Shown in pieces: positions 25,957 through 38,456 of a DNA stretch of 64,000 nucleotides. Position numbers and translations under genes: made by a program. Numbering within the stretch: the stretch's first letter is position 1; each line of letters opens with the position of its first letter. Below the pieces are notes generated by a model. That model saw only the letters and a list, made by a program, of their open reading frames with translations, was not told the DNA's origin and ran no database searches. Source of the DNA: Magallana gigas (taxonomy: Eukaryota); assembly GCF_963853765.1 (NCBI RefSeq), contig NC_088858.1, forward strand, positions 31,000,001 through 31,064,000. Reading direction: 5' to 3'.

Positions 25957-28952
25957 AATTGGTTAAAACAAATTACGATTCTCTGCTACACACTACAGAC
26001 ACGTGGGGCTTGGACACTCCCTTCTCTTCAATATTTTTTTGAAAATATAAAAAAATTAAGCTGAAACACACCTTTATTATCCCAATCCCCAAATGCATAT
26101 CATTTCTCCGATAATGTACCCCGTCTCTACGATCTATTTCTAAATATCGCCCACAAAACACACACACACATCGCCCACAGTCGGAAAACGCGAGGGAGGG
26201 GGGGGGGGGGGGGGAGGGCGTTGTTCATGCCCTGGGTGCCTGCGTTATATACCGTTACAGCCATGAATATAAAATTTGAATTTACAATTCCGGATTATTC
26301 TTTACATCGAATGACCTTTAACCTTACCGTCCACGTCTCGGTACTGATTTATTAGGTCCTCTATTTCCACTTCCGTCGGATTCAGTCCCATTGATCTCAG
26401 TACCTTGCCCAGTTCCCGTACGTCTACAAACCCATCACAGTCCTTGTCAAAGAGACTGAAGATTTCTCGCATTTCTGACAATTATCAAAAAATTAGTTAA
26501 GAATAAAAATCAATTCAGTATGACCGTGCAAAGTAAAATTTGACCATTATCCTTCAAAATATATGATCTAATATGAAGAGGTTTTTTTACTATATTTTGA
26601 TCATCAAGAATTATTTAAAAAACATTATTCTAAACGTATGTTGTTTCCTTGTCCTTGTTCAAAATGACGTTATCATATCATAGGGCAAAATAGAACGCTT
26701 TTCTAACGTACATGTATGTCATAAACACTACTTAAACTCCATATTCCTTTCTGATTTTTTTAATTGATATGAAAGCTTAGATTTGCAATGCACTTAGATT
26801 CACAATTTTTAAGAACAAGAGGCCCACAGGCCTTGACGGTCACCTGAGTACCATAGCTCTAAGAATGACTGTCAGAGTGTCCCATATTTGCATTTTAAGC
26901 TTCACTTTGAAGTCTAAACCGTAATCTGAGACACCAGCTACCCTGATTTTATTCATTGATATTTGACAATAATCATTCATGAAAAGGGGAAAGGGTTTGT
27001 GCAAGAGTCAGAGGAATCTCAGATTATCTCAGATTATCTATATCTTAGCCCGGGGCCAATAATTGTAAATTTTGGTAATAAGAGACCTACATTTTATTTC
27101 TACTAGCATACAATACACAGGATATTAAAGTAGATTTCCTAAAAAGAACATATTTAAGTCTATATTGCCAAGTGACAATTTACCATTTAGTTTTCCAGAT
27201 GAAGTTAAATTTGTTAATGTATGACATACAGCCATTACCCTTATTGAAAATTCATATTCAATATACGGTCATATTTATACCCCACCCCATTAAAAGCATC
27301 AACTTTAACATTAGGATATTATGAACAATTTATAATGCATTACTATCTCCCACGACTTAAATAGTACATATTCTGAAAAAATATCATTAAATCAAAACAT
27401 TTTCACTATGTTGCCATATTGGCCCAGCCCAAGGGCCTGAATCCCTGTCTCAGAGACACTATATGTCTCAATTTTACAATTCTGGTAGAGGACTTCATGG
27501 ACATGATAACAATGCATTTAGTTGTTCTCAAATTATTGAGAAAACGGTTTTCTATGATTTAATAGTTTTACACCGTGAATGGCCATATTGTTCCTACCCT
27601 ATAGTCTGATGAACTCCTGCCTCAGGGGCCCTGAATTTCATAATTCAGGTAGAGGACTTCGTGGACATCATAACCATACATTCAGTTTTTCACAATTATT
27701 CATGGGAGTAGAGAAGATTTTCTAAGATTTTATACATTTACATTTACACCATATGGCTGCATTGGTCCTGCCCTAGTTCTGAACCCCTGACCAAGGGCCA
27801 TGAATTTCACAATATTAGTAGAGAGCTTTATGGACATTATAACTATGCATATAGTTTTTCCCCAAAATTTGTGGGAGGTAAGTAGAGAAGAATTTTATTT
27901 TTAAAATGTGGCCTTTTTCAGCATATTTGGTCCCGCCTATGAGGTCCTGAGGTAGTTAAGCCATGAATTTCACAATTTAGATATAAGCTGAAAATGTAAA
28001 ATGGTTAAGGTATGGCGGACGACGGATGACGCACGACGACGGACGAAGACTGAGTGCAATAGATCACGCGAGTGATTCAGGTGACCTAAAAGTAAGTACA
28101 TGCCCAATGCTTGCATCGCTTTTATTCCAGTTTAGTGTAACTGTTACGTAACTAATTAACTAAATCATTTCCTGGCCCGTTAATTTGATCCTTATATTAA
28201 TGCTTTAACTAATAAAACGGGAACACGTGCACTTCACATGGTTGTCTGTATTTATAGGGATTTGACTGTCGCTACATGCTTTTTTAACTATTTTTGTAGT
28301 TGTGATAAATGAATCATTTTCCTTATTCCTGATAAGAAACGTCTTGTCCCCCCCCCCCCCCCCTTTTACCATGTAATCGTTATCAAATTGAACGGGAAAA
28401 CAGACCATATTTGATTGGAGAAGCAAAAAAAACCCCATAAATATCTAACTTGTAATAATTTGATGAGTTCAGAGCAAATGAGTCAAAGATGAAAAAATAA
28501 ATCATGTTATCATTAAAATATATAAAAATTTGAAGTTTGAATTCCCCCTGCAAGACTGTCGTCTATAGAAAACTATCATGACTGTTGAATTAATACACAT
28601 TTGGGCGATCATTAGTACATTTATGAAATTTTAAATATTGGAATCCAATAACTTAGCTCAGTTCAAATTGAACACATTTGTTTACACTGATTGCGCAATA
28701 ACACATATTTATACAATGCTTATAAACCGTGTGGCTTTTTGCTAATAAACTATCCTACTATACACCACCCAAATTCACATCCTATTTACTCATTATCGAA
28801 AAGCTTGCCATGTCTTTTACACATACTGTTAAAGTTTTTACTTACATTTTTTTGTAAACCGTACATTTAAAAAGAAAAATATGTTTAAAACAATTTGAAA
28901 AGAAACAGGTTTAAAACTTACCTGCGATCTGCTCTTCTGATAAATTCTCCAT
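21101..28952 (-). CDS. Calmodulin-like / myosin-light-chain-like EF-hand protein, locus A (~148 aa)
   Basis: Coding exons 28952-28922, 26474-26328, 22136-21897, 21129-21101, all with AG/GT boundaries and continuous frame. Protein: [45 protein letters not shown]...[21 protein letters not shown]. Probable non-coding exon with a GTAAGT donor ends at 29325. Intron 3 spans an N-gap. Confidence 0.85.
23089..23180. repeat. ~31-bp tandem repeat x3 (aaaggtcgaataacaggtaaatccggttaa-like)
   Basis: Direct reading of the sequence. Confidence 0.75.
23353..23432. repeat. 30-bp quasi-palindromic tandem repeat (gatctattggaccgccggtcaatagactgc), resuming at 24833-24860
   Basis: Three units on the left, and the same phase continues to the right of the inserted element. 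Confidence 0.8.
23433..24828. mobile_element. Non-autonomous DNA transposon with TGTAA...TTACA ends and CCGG target-site duplication (Ginger-like)
   Basis: CCGG at 23429-23432 and 24829-24832. Imperfect TIRs of ~80 bp are built from GTAGAATAATGACC motifs. A CGAAG/CTTCG repeat patch lies at ~24190-24350. No transposase ORF. The superfamily call rests on termini and TSD only. Confidence 0.7.
25894..25953. repeat. (CT)n microsatellite
   Basis: Direct reading of the sequence. Confidence 0.95.
26814..28091 (-). mobile_element. Helentron/HINE element carrying ~165-170-bp satellite-like core repeats (intron 2 of locus A)
   Basis: AACAAGAGGCCCACAGGCC..GGTCACCTGAG at the left end. (GACG)n-like stretch and CAGGTGACCTAAAA at the right end. 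Tandem cores recur at ~27486, ~27649, ~27819 (gtagaggacttc). Confidence 0.75.
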
Positions 28953-31900
28953 GTCCGTCTACCCAAAAAAAATGGTAAATCGCCATTTACATCTTCATAC
29001 CAAATTCAAAAACTTTTTCGATGTTTAACCGTGTTATTTACCGATCCTAGTATCTTAAAGCTCAGATATAAGCTAATTTCAAATTGATTTCAAGTGTTCC
29101 TGTTTGTTGAACAAACTTGCAATATCAATAATGCATGTAATATATTTGTATAACTCGCTATTTGATTATTGATGTTTTTTTTCCCTCGTAAGACCTAAAT
29201 TCGTTTGCGGAAAAAAAAATCAATTATAATCGAGAAAATAACACGAGTTTAATTGATATTCAATTCTAGCGTAGTGGTTTTGATTACACAATGGAACCAT
29301 TGAAGTCAATATACAAATACTTACGGTAAACTATGATTATGTTTCCCTCCTAAAGAATCTTTTTAGCTCCGACATTCTTCTCCAACCGAGGACGAGAGAT
29401 AGGAAATGGCAACGAAGCAACAATTTTTTACCAAATTGGGCACATTATGTGTCGCATTGGGTTTCTTCTATTTCTATATTTTTTTCTATGCGAGACAATA
29501 TCGCTATTATTTTTCTTCAGTCGATTTATGCACACACGGACACAAAAAAAAATCCAATTGCTACCGACCATTTGCTTTCTATTGTCAAATAAACGGTTTT
29601 TTACGGTGTGTAATCATGCAGTGTTTCCAAATATTGACTCTATGGCAATAACAGTAGGCATAACTTGATAATAGACGTGGTATTTTCCCATAAATGTTTA
29701 TGTGTGTTCTTGTCTGATAGAAACTGCACTTAGCCGCTCTATTGTTGCCCCTTTTTTAAATTCTTGTTCAACTTCAACAAATACCCCCAAAAAATATATA
29801 TCTGTTACACTTTAGAACCTTTTATAATACCGCGCTCGCCGATCAAAAGAAACGATTTCATGTCCTTTATCTTTACAAAGTTATGGAACCCATCTTCCCA
29901 AGTCATTGTTAGGTCAGAAAATTAAGATTTGATTAAAAAATCCGATCATTCAAAGAATGTAATGAAGAATTGAGATTAGTTGGTCAGTAATTAAAAAAAT
30001 GCGTTGACCTAGATAATTTCTTTGTAATTCGTTTAAATAACGTTAGTTAGCTGTTGAGAGGTTTGCATTTCTGGTCTGGCGTGCTCAAAAGAAACAATTT
30101 GTTTAGAAATCATTACCTGTTATACACTGCAAAATCGACTGGAACGCGTTTTATTTATAGACAAAGATACCGTACATACAATGTTATCTTTACCTATATC
30201 ATTCGTCTTTATTTATAAATTTTGCAACTATTTGAAATGAAAAATTAATAAGATTGATAATCGTTTAAGCTTTATATGTTGTTGAAACACCGCGCGATTA
30301 AGGTGTTCATTGCACTTTACAACATTAACATTTGTCCCAAACCTTTTATATAAAAAAATCGAATTCACATAAAAATGAAAAAAAATGAGGAAAAAAGAGG
30401 GGGAGGGGGGAGGAGCAATAAAAGATACAATTATAACTTATTAGGAGGTTAGAAGGCAGAAAAAGAGGGCACTTCTTTTAAAATTCATTTTTATATGTGT
30501 CAGTTGAAAAATTTGTTTCCAAAAGTCACAACAGTCAAAAAGCTGTGTTGTTTCTTGTTTTAATTGTTGCTACAAATAAAACGATCTTAATTGGGTGCAC
30601 AATAGTCCACCGTAGACTTCATAAGAATAATGCAGATCTGAGAATCACTTCACATTAACATTATCAACGTAATTTATTATTGATAGCTGAAGAACAGGAA
30701 TCGGCCTCTTTAATAACTAATAATGAACTCATTTACCGCGTAAAGACAGTTCGGTCAGGTTCATTAGGCGGTTAAGGGGGCTCGATGATCACATATGCAT
30801 TTGAAGACTTTGTTGGTCTCTTTAGGAAGAAGAACTTTACATAAGATTATAGAAAAACATGACTTTAAAACTAAACAAAATCAGGAATACATATTTCCTA
30901 AATATAAGGAATATAGGTTTTGACAAACAAACAAACAAAACTACCTGAACGATAGATTTGATGGGTAATTTGTTGATCATCCAACCTCCAAAGAGTATCA
31001 AACCACTTCAGTACAATTTCCCTAAGAAGTTATAGGTTTTCAAAACCATAGTCCACCAGCTGAATCGGTCTCATTTTTTGACAAGAAATATTTACGGCTA
31101 CTAAAACTATATTTCAACACTTAATACAAGTAAAAGACTTTACATACACAAAGTTTATTAGTTTATCTTTATTAGTCATTTCACTACAAAAGATTAATAC
31201 ATGTGATGCGTTTTGGGGGCGAGTAAATCTATCCATTACAATTTTGGGACAAATTTATGACTCTCAGTTTTGTTCTGTAATACATATTGTTACCTCTTAC
31301 ATGTTTTTTTTCTTCAGAGATATGAGAATGCTTAAGAAAGTATGATTTGCTTCTCAATATACATATACTAGTATGTATAAACAAAAACCGGGCGTTACAC
31401 GGATTCTCCAAGCCATGCTGTACCAAAATGTAGAAAAAATGAATGGGTGTTGTTACATGTATTTGATTATATGTATGTAGTGATATGTACACCATTTTAT
31501 CACTGTGTTACGACGGGACCATTACAACAACAAAAACAACAACAAAGACAACGATTGGTTAAAATTTATTTGAATAAAATAATGGAATGAATTTGACATC
31601 AGATCTATTATTTTTCAACATAAAATATAAATGCGTAATGGAAATCAACGAATACAATGTATACACCTTGTTAAAATTGCATAAAGCTTTCACTTTTAAA
31701 TAAATATAAACTTTGAAATACATGGAGATGAGTCGCTCTTCTTTGTAAAAACACCCCCATATTTTATTTACTCCAGATCATTGGTTCTCTCAAACAAATG
31801 CACTCATTCATAAGCAATATTAACCTATGTCTAATGATAATATCAAGAACAAGAATACAAGAACTTTAAAAGTCTTTTTTTTTTTTAAATGATAACTACA

Positions 31901-32061
31901 ATTCAAGACAAACTTGACTCTTTGTGTGCTTAGATCTTGAGGTTCCCTTAACTTTGCCATCCGAACTCTTCAAGGAACCGATGCGTCTTACAAGTACAAT
32001 ATAGTCCTTCCACGGCTCGAGTCATGTTGATTTTGTTGGAGAAAAAAAAAGAAAGATACCA

Positions 32062-33151
32062 TCACGTATTATTCGACGTAGTGGAAGGTTTTTCCATCAT
32101 GCTTACGAATTCTGAAAAAGATATTAACCATTTGTATAAATAAATGTACTAGGCGACCCTTTTTGGAGACATTTTTTCTTTGGTTTTATGGCCAAAAACT
32201 CTAAGCTGCTTTTGTCTCGGTGTGAATGAAATGTTTTCTAACTCAATTTTGTTGATCTATCAATAATTCATATATATCAAACAATCACATTTTAAGCATT
32301 GATAAGTCTAACGACCGAGAAGAAAAAAGATAATTGCAATCATAGGTTCATATTATGTTCAGAATTTACAAAAGATCTGTGTTAACCCTACTATTTTATA
32401 GATTTAATTTCTGAATTGTTTAGTATAATGTGAACCATAAAAGAAGTAGATAAAGGTCGTTATTCGACGTTCCTTTACACGATTTTTCGGTATATGTTAT
32501 GTAAGTGTGTTTAAATTGCTGAATCTTTCCTGGAGGGCATTCACACAGGAAATTTCTTGCNNNNNNNNNNNNNNNNNNNNNNNNNNNNNNNNNNNNNNNN
32601 NNNNNNNNNNNNNNNNNNNNNNNNNNNNNNNNNNNNNNNNNNNNNNNNNNNNNNNNNNNNNNNNNNNNNNNNNNNNNNNNNNNNNNNNNNNNTGTAATAC
32701 ATGTATCACAGAAAGCGCCAGTTGTTCGAACAGAGCTACATGTAGGTGTTACTCTTTGCATCTGACACTTTCATATATACGTGTGACCGATTTGTTACAC
32801 AAACAGATTTTATCACTTTTCTGAGACGCTTGCAATGAATATGCTTAGATTTAGAAATCAATGCCAGTACACGGCATCATTATAAATTATTTTGATTTTG
32901 TGATATTTCATGTACTACCGATAAACAGATATTAGTTACTAAATCATTATTCTATACAGAAACAACAATGCAATTAGTAGAAATATTCAATAATAGTGAT
33001 GGAAAATGTCTTAGTTTGAAAAAAGCAATACATTTTTACGATTATTTGAACATAGTATTGACGTCACACATACGTCAATTTTATATAATGTTTAATGTAT
33101 TCGTATGAACGACACGACAAAGGCTCACTCACCCAATAATTTTACTGCGCA

Positions 33152-33204
<53 letters not shown>

Positions 33205-36200
33205 TACCCCGGTAGTTGACCTGCCCGTCTCCGTCGGCGTCCGCCTCCTTTATCATCTCGGCGATTTCGTCGTCCGTCAGTTTCTCCCCCAGGTTGTTCA
33301 TCACCAGGTGGAGCTCCTCCTTGCTGATGTAACCGTTCCCGTCCTTGTCGAACACCTGGAACGCCTCCCTGAGTTCCTCCTCGGGATCCGCGCACTCGGC
33401 ATGTTTCTTGGCCATCATGTGTAAAAACTCGTCAAAATCTATAGCACCATTTCCTAAAAAAAAAAAAAGGAAATGAAACACGTGCTAAACATTGTAGATT
33501 CATAATTTAACACGATGCCGAATGCAAAGGGCGACATAACAGGGATTTCTCTCGTCTGGCATTGTTGCCAGGCTTAGCAATTATTATCTGCCGCATGTTC
33601 ACTAACAATTTTGCATCATCAATAATAAAATAGCCAAACAATAAACCTATCAAATATGAAAACCAACAGTTGCCATGTTGGGAGTTTTTATATCGTAAGA
33701 AATAAAACCATTTTAACAAGACCCTGGACTTCCGATAGGGCGTAACTATCTACATGTATTTTTACATCAAAACAAGTTAAAAATGACGCTGGTTTTTTAG
33801 TGAAATATGAATAAATCGCGTAGTTTTAGCTAAAAAGCCAGACAAATCTTTTTGATTTCAAAGAACTATAAATGATTTGCCAGCAATGAAATAGACAGGC
33901 CTACGTCACATTGCTGTTTATGCTATTTATACAACTACCTTAAGTCCAAGCTCTTGTTATAATGGTTCTACTCAATGGTGAAGAATATATAACATGGAAA
34001 ACGCTGGGTTCTTGAATTATTTGCTATCATTCTACTAAGAACACAAAGACAAATGATTCGGTTTTAAACATGCATCGCAATCGATATTAGTTTTGTGAAA
34101 CATGAATATCTTGTACTGAATCCGTTGCTATAGTAACGACATTATAAAATAAGAAACATTATATATTTAATATTAATATGTTTTAAAAGTTATTTTTGAA
34201 AAGGGGTAATGTTAATATTATAATCTACTCACACAAGCATTTTTATGCAACACGAAAGTGCTGTTGCTATAGCAATTTATGTGTTGAAGAAATATACGCA
34301 TTTTTTTTCGCGAAAACTCCATGGCAAAATGCATTTTTATTCAGTATGTGTGAAAGTTAAGAGCATACTTGATCTTTCTCAACATTTAATATCACCGGAT
34401 TTTATTGTTCAAGGCGCAACTCCATTATTATTCAATCTTATATATGTAAATATATGTAAGAAATATGTCTGCTGTGAGAAAAAGAGGAGGGGCAGGATCT
34501 TGCAAGATCAGATTCAATATTGTTTCATAATAGAATGGTGTTTCATTAAGAAGGTGCTATTTGATTTACAGAAACTACACCGATTTTCCAAATATGCATG
34601 TATCAATTCCATGCATATACATGTACGCTCTATTGCATTTTTCTCATTTCTTGCTAGTAAATAATAAGGTATCAAACATGTGAAAAAGATAATAATTTTC
34701 TTATCTAAAGTACTTTTTTTTTTTCCAGAGCTGTTTAAGTGGCGTAAATTTTTCAAAAGTATGAGTATGACCAAAGTAAATATTTATTTCTTTTAGATTT
34801 TTCACGTCTTTTGATACAATATACTAGTATACAATGTCAATAGAAATCTTAAGAAATGTTTGAAGACCAATGACTTCTTAATAATCGCCATCGATATATT
34901 CTTGATTACTTTCTTCATGGGGTGGGGTCGGTAAAGCAACCTTCATGGAATGAAAATCCTGATGGCGTCGCACACCCGCAACAGGTGAAGCAAGGAGACT
35001 GCAATGTGCACCTGCTTTCAAAGTAAAGTCGGGGTGTTCTGCATGTGTGTGAGTGTGTGCGAGATGCATTGTGCGTTAGGGGGAGAGAGGGTACGGCGGA
35101 GAGAGGTTCCCCGCGTCTTTCTGGGTACAAATTATATATCTGTTTCTGATGTACATTGTAACTTTTATTTCTTTTATACTATTCAAATAAGGAACAATAA
35201 CCTAATATTCGAAACTTTACATACATGTATTTTGACAAAATTATTCTCATTTAAAGGACATAATTTCGAATTCTTTATTTAAAGGTTATCTTTTTCTCTA
35301 ATACATGTGCTGTGCATGCACCTGTTTTGCTTTGGGGGGGTTTTGTGGGGGGGGGGGGGGTTGGGGGGGGGGGGGGTTTAGGGGGGGGGGGGGGGTAGAT
35401 AATAAACTGGCTTACATAATAAAGAAACATTTCATCTATAAAAGGTAAAAATGCATGATTTTAATTAACTTTTACAAATTGAAAAACTTCAAGAAATTTG
35501 GAGGAAAAAGTATTTCTTTTAATCTTTGAATGTAAGTGTGTGTTTGCTTCTATTTTATTTCAGTAACACTTATTATTTAAAAATTAAGTGTAAAATCTGT
35601 ATATATCATTGTTACATAATAAAATAAATTAAGTCTTCCAAACTTCTCACTAATTTCTGTGGGGAAGAAGTAATAAAGTATGAATTGTCTGCCATTGGTT
35701 GGTCCTCAAATAAAACTAGTAATTTTTGTAATTTTCCCAATTTGAACAGTTTACGCGTCAATTTTCCCAATTCAACGGACCCTGGACCCAGTTTAAAAAC
35801 AGTAAGAAAACCCCTGTATGGGGGTTCTAAGACTTGCCTATAGTTTTCTTTTCAAAAACCAGAACACAGTTTAAGTGTTTATGTGATAAAAATCGTCAAG
35901 ACTAGTAAATATGGAAAGGAATTCCACATATCTCCTGATCGTGATAAGACATTTCCGTGTGTATCATGTAGTTAATAATACATTTAACTAGATACTGGTT
36001 TTAAATTGGAAACCGGGCCGACGTTAATATTATAACATCTATCGTAACTTACTCTCATGTGCGTCAATATTTCATTATTTATGAAACAGTACACTACTTT
36101 CATACAGATAATACTAGACACCCCGAGTAGTCGACCGTGCAAGTGTCATATCAATTACTAGTATTATCGAATCTCTTCTTTTTCCAGTAACAGTTAGAAC

Positions 36201-38456
36201 AATTGCAGGTTAGGCTTCCCTGTTGTTGTTTTTTTACCCAGCAGCCTTCATGAGAAAATAGACTGTACCTCATTACATAATTATCAATCTTAATTCTTCA
36301 CAGTTTGAGGTATATATTTACATCTACCAAATATTAGTTCCTCTATTTCTTAGCTCTATAGAAACAGCCATACTGAAATCTGCACGCCCTCTTTATCGAT
36401 TGGTCGAAATCTACAGCGGCTGAAACTGGCAAGAAATTGACAGGACTGAAATTGACACGTCCTGTTTATCGATTGGTTGAAGCCTACAGCGAAACAGAAA
36501 AATCACGGACTGCACGAAATAATAATCATGATGATGCCAGACTCAAATTCTCACAGGAGACGATTTGGATGGGTTTTTTTTAGCTAATGTACTTACATCA
36601 ACAATAATTTAGTGAATTTTACTAACTTTTCATAATCAATTTATTGACAAGTTAAAAAAAAATGTTAATACAAACAATAAAATGCTTTCTTTGATGATTC
36701 ATGCGGGTTATGAAGGTAGCGATCATTGCAGAAAAAATTTACATAACCCGCTAACACGATGCAATGTCACTACCTTAATATCCCGAATGAATCACCAAAG
36801 AAAGCAAATTATTGTTTAAATTTGTCACACTTCACGGCTTGGGAATACGATGTGTACATGTGGTATCGGATAGCGGTCTATTTTTATGTTTCTGATAGAT
36901 TTGATCAGAATATGCAATTTAACTTGACGTCTGGAACTTTTGCCATTATTTTTAATCTTCAAAATACAGATATATACAGGAGCTTTATTTTCCTCGTCTT
37001 ATTTGTTTGTTTTGTATTTTTTTTTAATCATATAGATCTGTATTTTGATTTCTAAAAGAAGATTGTCTAATTTCTGGGCTTTTTTACGCTAAACTCTTTG
37101 GCTTTTTTTTCTAGCCATCATATAATAATGAGAGTACTGATCATACAATCATAATGATTTTAGCTGCAGATCTGTAGCACAGAGAGGGGAATTTGAGTTA
37201 GCTACATTTGTAGCAAATCTAACAAACCCAAATTTCCCGTAGATCTACAGAGTTGCAAATTAGCAGCTATATATTTCAGAAATACCATATATACCATCTT
37301 CGTCGATCTCCTTGATCATATTTTCTAGCTCCTTGACGGTTGGCTCCTGACCCAGCGACCTCATGACCACGCCCAGTTCGCTAGTGGTGATGCTCCCATC
37401 CCCGTCCTTGTCGAACAAATCAAACGCCTCTCGGTATTCTGTTCACACATACATGTACATGTAAAAACGTTAAAAAAAATTATAAATAGGATGTTGTTTT
37501 AGAAAATAATTATGTTATATGTTGACTCAGTTTCTGTAGAGAGTAAAATTGTCATCCCCAAGTTCCTAGATCCCCCATCCCTAAATGATGCCCCCCCCCC
37601 CTATTCCCTTTCTATAAACAGATGCAGAAAAGGCGAGATAATCCTTTTTCCCTCACAATACTCCGTACTTCGACACGCTATTCAGACACAAGATTAAAAG
37701 CGAGATAACCATTTTTCTTTCATAGTCTTGCGGTTGGCCAATATCTCCTTTTAACAATTACATGTAAGTAGATTTCATCAGTAATCTTTCTTATCTTTAT
37801 TCACAAACAACAAATAACTGCGAAGGTGCATGACGCAGGAAATTGTGGTTTTCTGGTCGAAGTATATGTAACTTAAGTTTGCAACATTTAAAAAAATAAC
37901 CACCTTTCACATAAGAAACTTTATCAAAGTAGATTTTCTTTTTTATTATTATTTAGGCAGTTAATGTCCGCAGGTTTCCGACGCGATAACAATAGCATAA
38001 TCCAAGCCCCGAGGTCTCCACATCCCGTCAATATCAACAATGTCACTTACCTTCAACTTGCTCCGATGTGAATTTATTCGTCTGCAATATAAAAAGACCA
38101 TTCACTTAGTCTATATACGTGAATACATGTATATAGTATAAACTGACCTATATTATTTCGGTGGTAAGTATACTATAAAAGGTCAGCTGTAAGTAATTAA
38201 GCCATTAACTCGATGCTTTTATATATCCCTAAGGCTGGACCCAAAACAGAAAACATACACAGAGGAGTGTGAAGGAAACGCTTCCCTTTTTTGGTGTAAA
38301 CTCCGATATTCTCTCAGTACTTTGATTCAAAGAGGATCGCTGTACAAAAAAACCCACACATATATATCCCTTGTTCACTTAATTTTTTTTTATCATAACA
38401 ACCTGCTTTCGCAAGCTGGATATTCGTTTATGGAAAAAGAAAATTACACTTACCAT
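32062..38456 (-). CDS. Calmodulin-like protein, locus B (~157 aa, four canonical EF loops)
   Basis: Exons 38456-38454 (ATG|GTAAGT), 38081-38051, 37438-37295, 33453-33208, 32111-32062. Protein: [45 protein letters not shown]...[27 protein letters not shown]. The last intron spans an N-gap. Confidence 0.9.
33156..33204. repeat. (CT)n/(GA)n microsatellite abutting the exon-4 donor of locus B
   Basis: On the minus strand it reads G|GTAAGAGAGAAAGAGAGAG... Confidence 0.9.
33703..33970. mobile_element. ~260-bp TAGAACC-TIR MITE, copy 2 (intron 3 of locus B)
   Basis: Same TIRs and interior as 15478-15739. Confidence 0.8.
35333..35396 (+). repeat. Poly-G tract cluster (G-quadruplex-capable)
   Basis: Five or more long G runs. 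Homopolymer lengths may be unreliable. Confidence 0.6.
36350..36756 (+). mobile_element. Interspersed repeat; inverted sister copy at ~43276-43620 ends in a long palindrome
   Basis: Shared tgattcatgcggg..gaaggt..tgcagaaaaa..cataacccgctaacacg and aatcatgatgat..agactcaa..ggagacgatttgg segments in opposite orientation. Confidence 0.65.

Noticed and set aside
33204-33395. Arg/Gly-rich 63-aa ORF
   Set aside because: Alternative frame of the GC-rich locus B exon 4.
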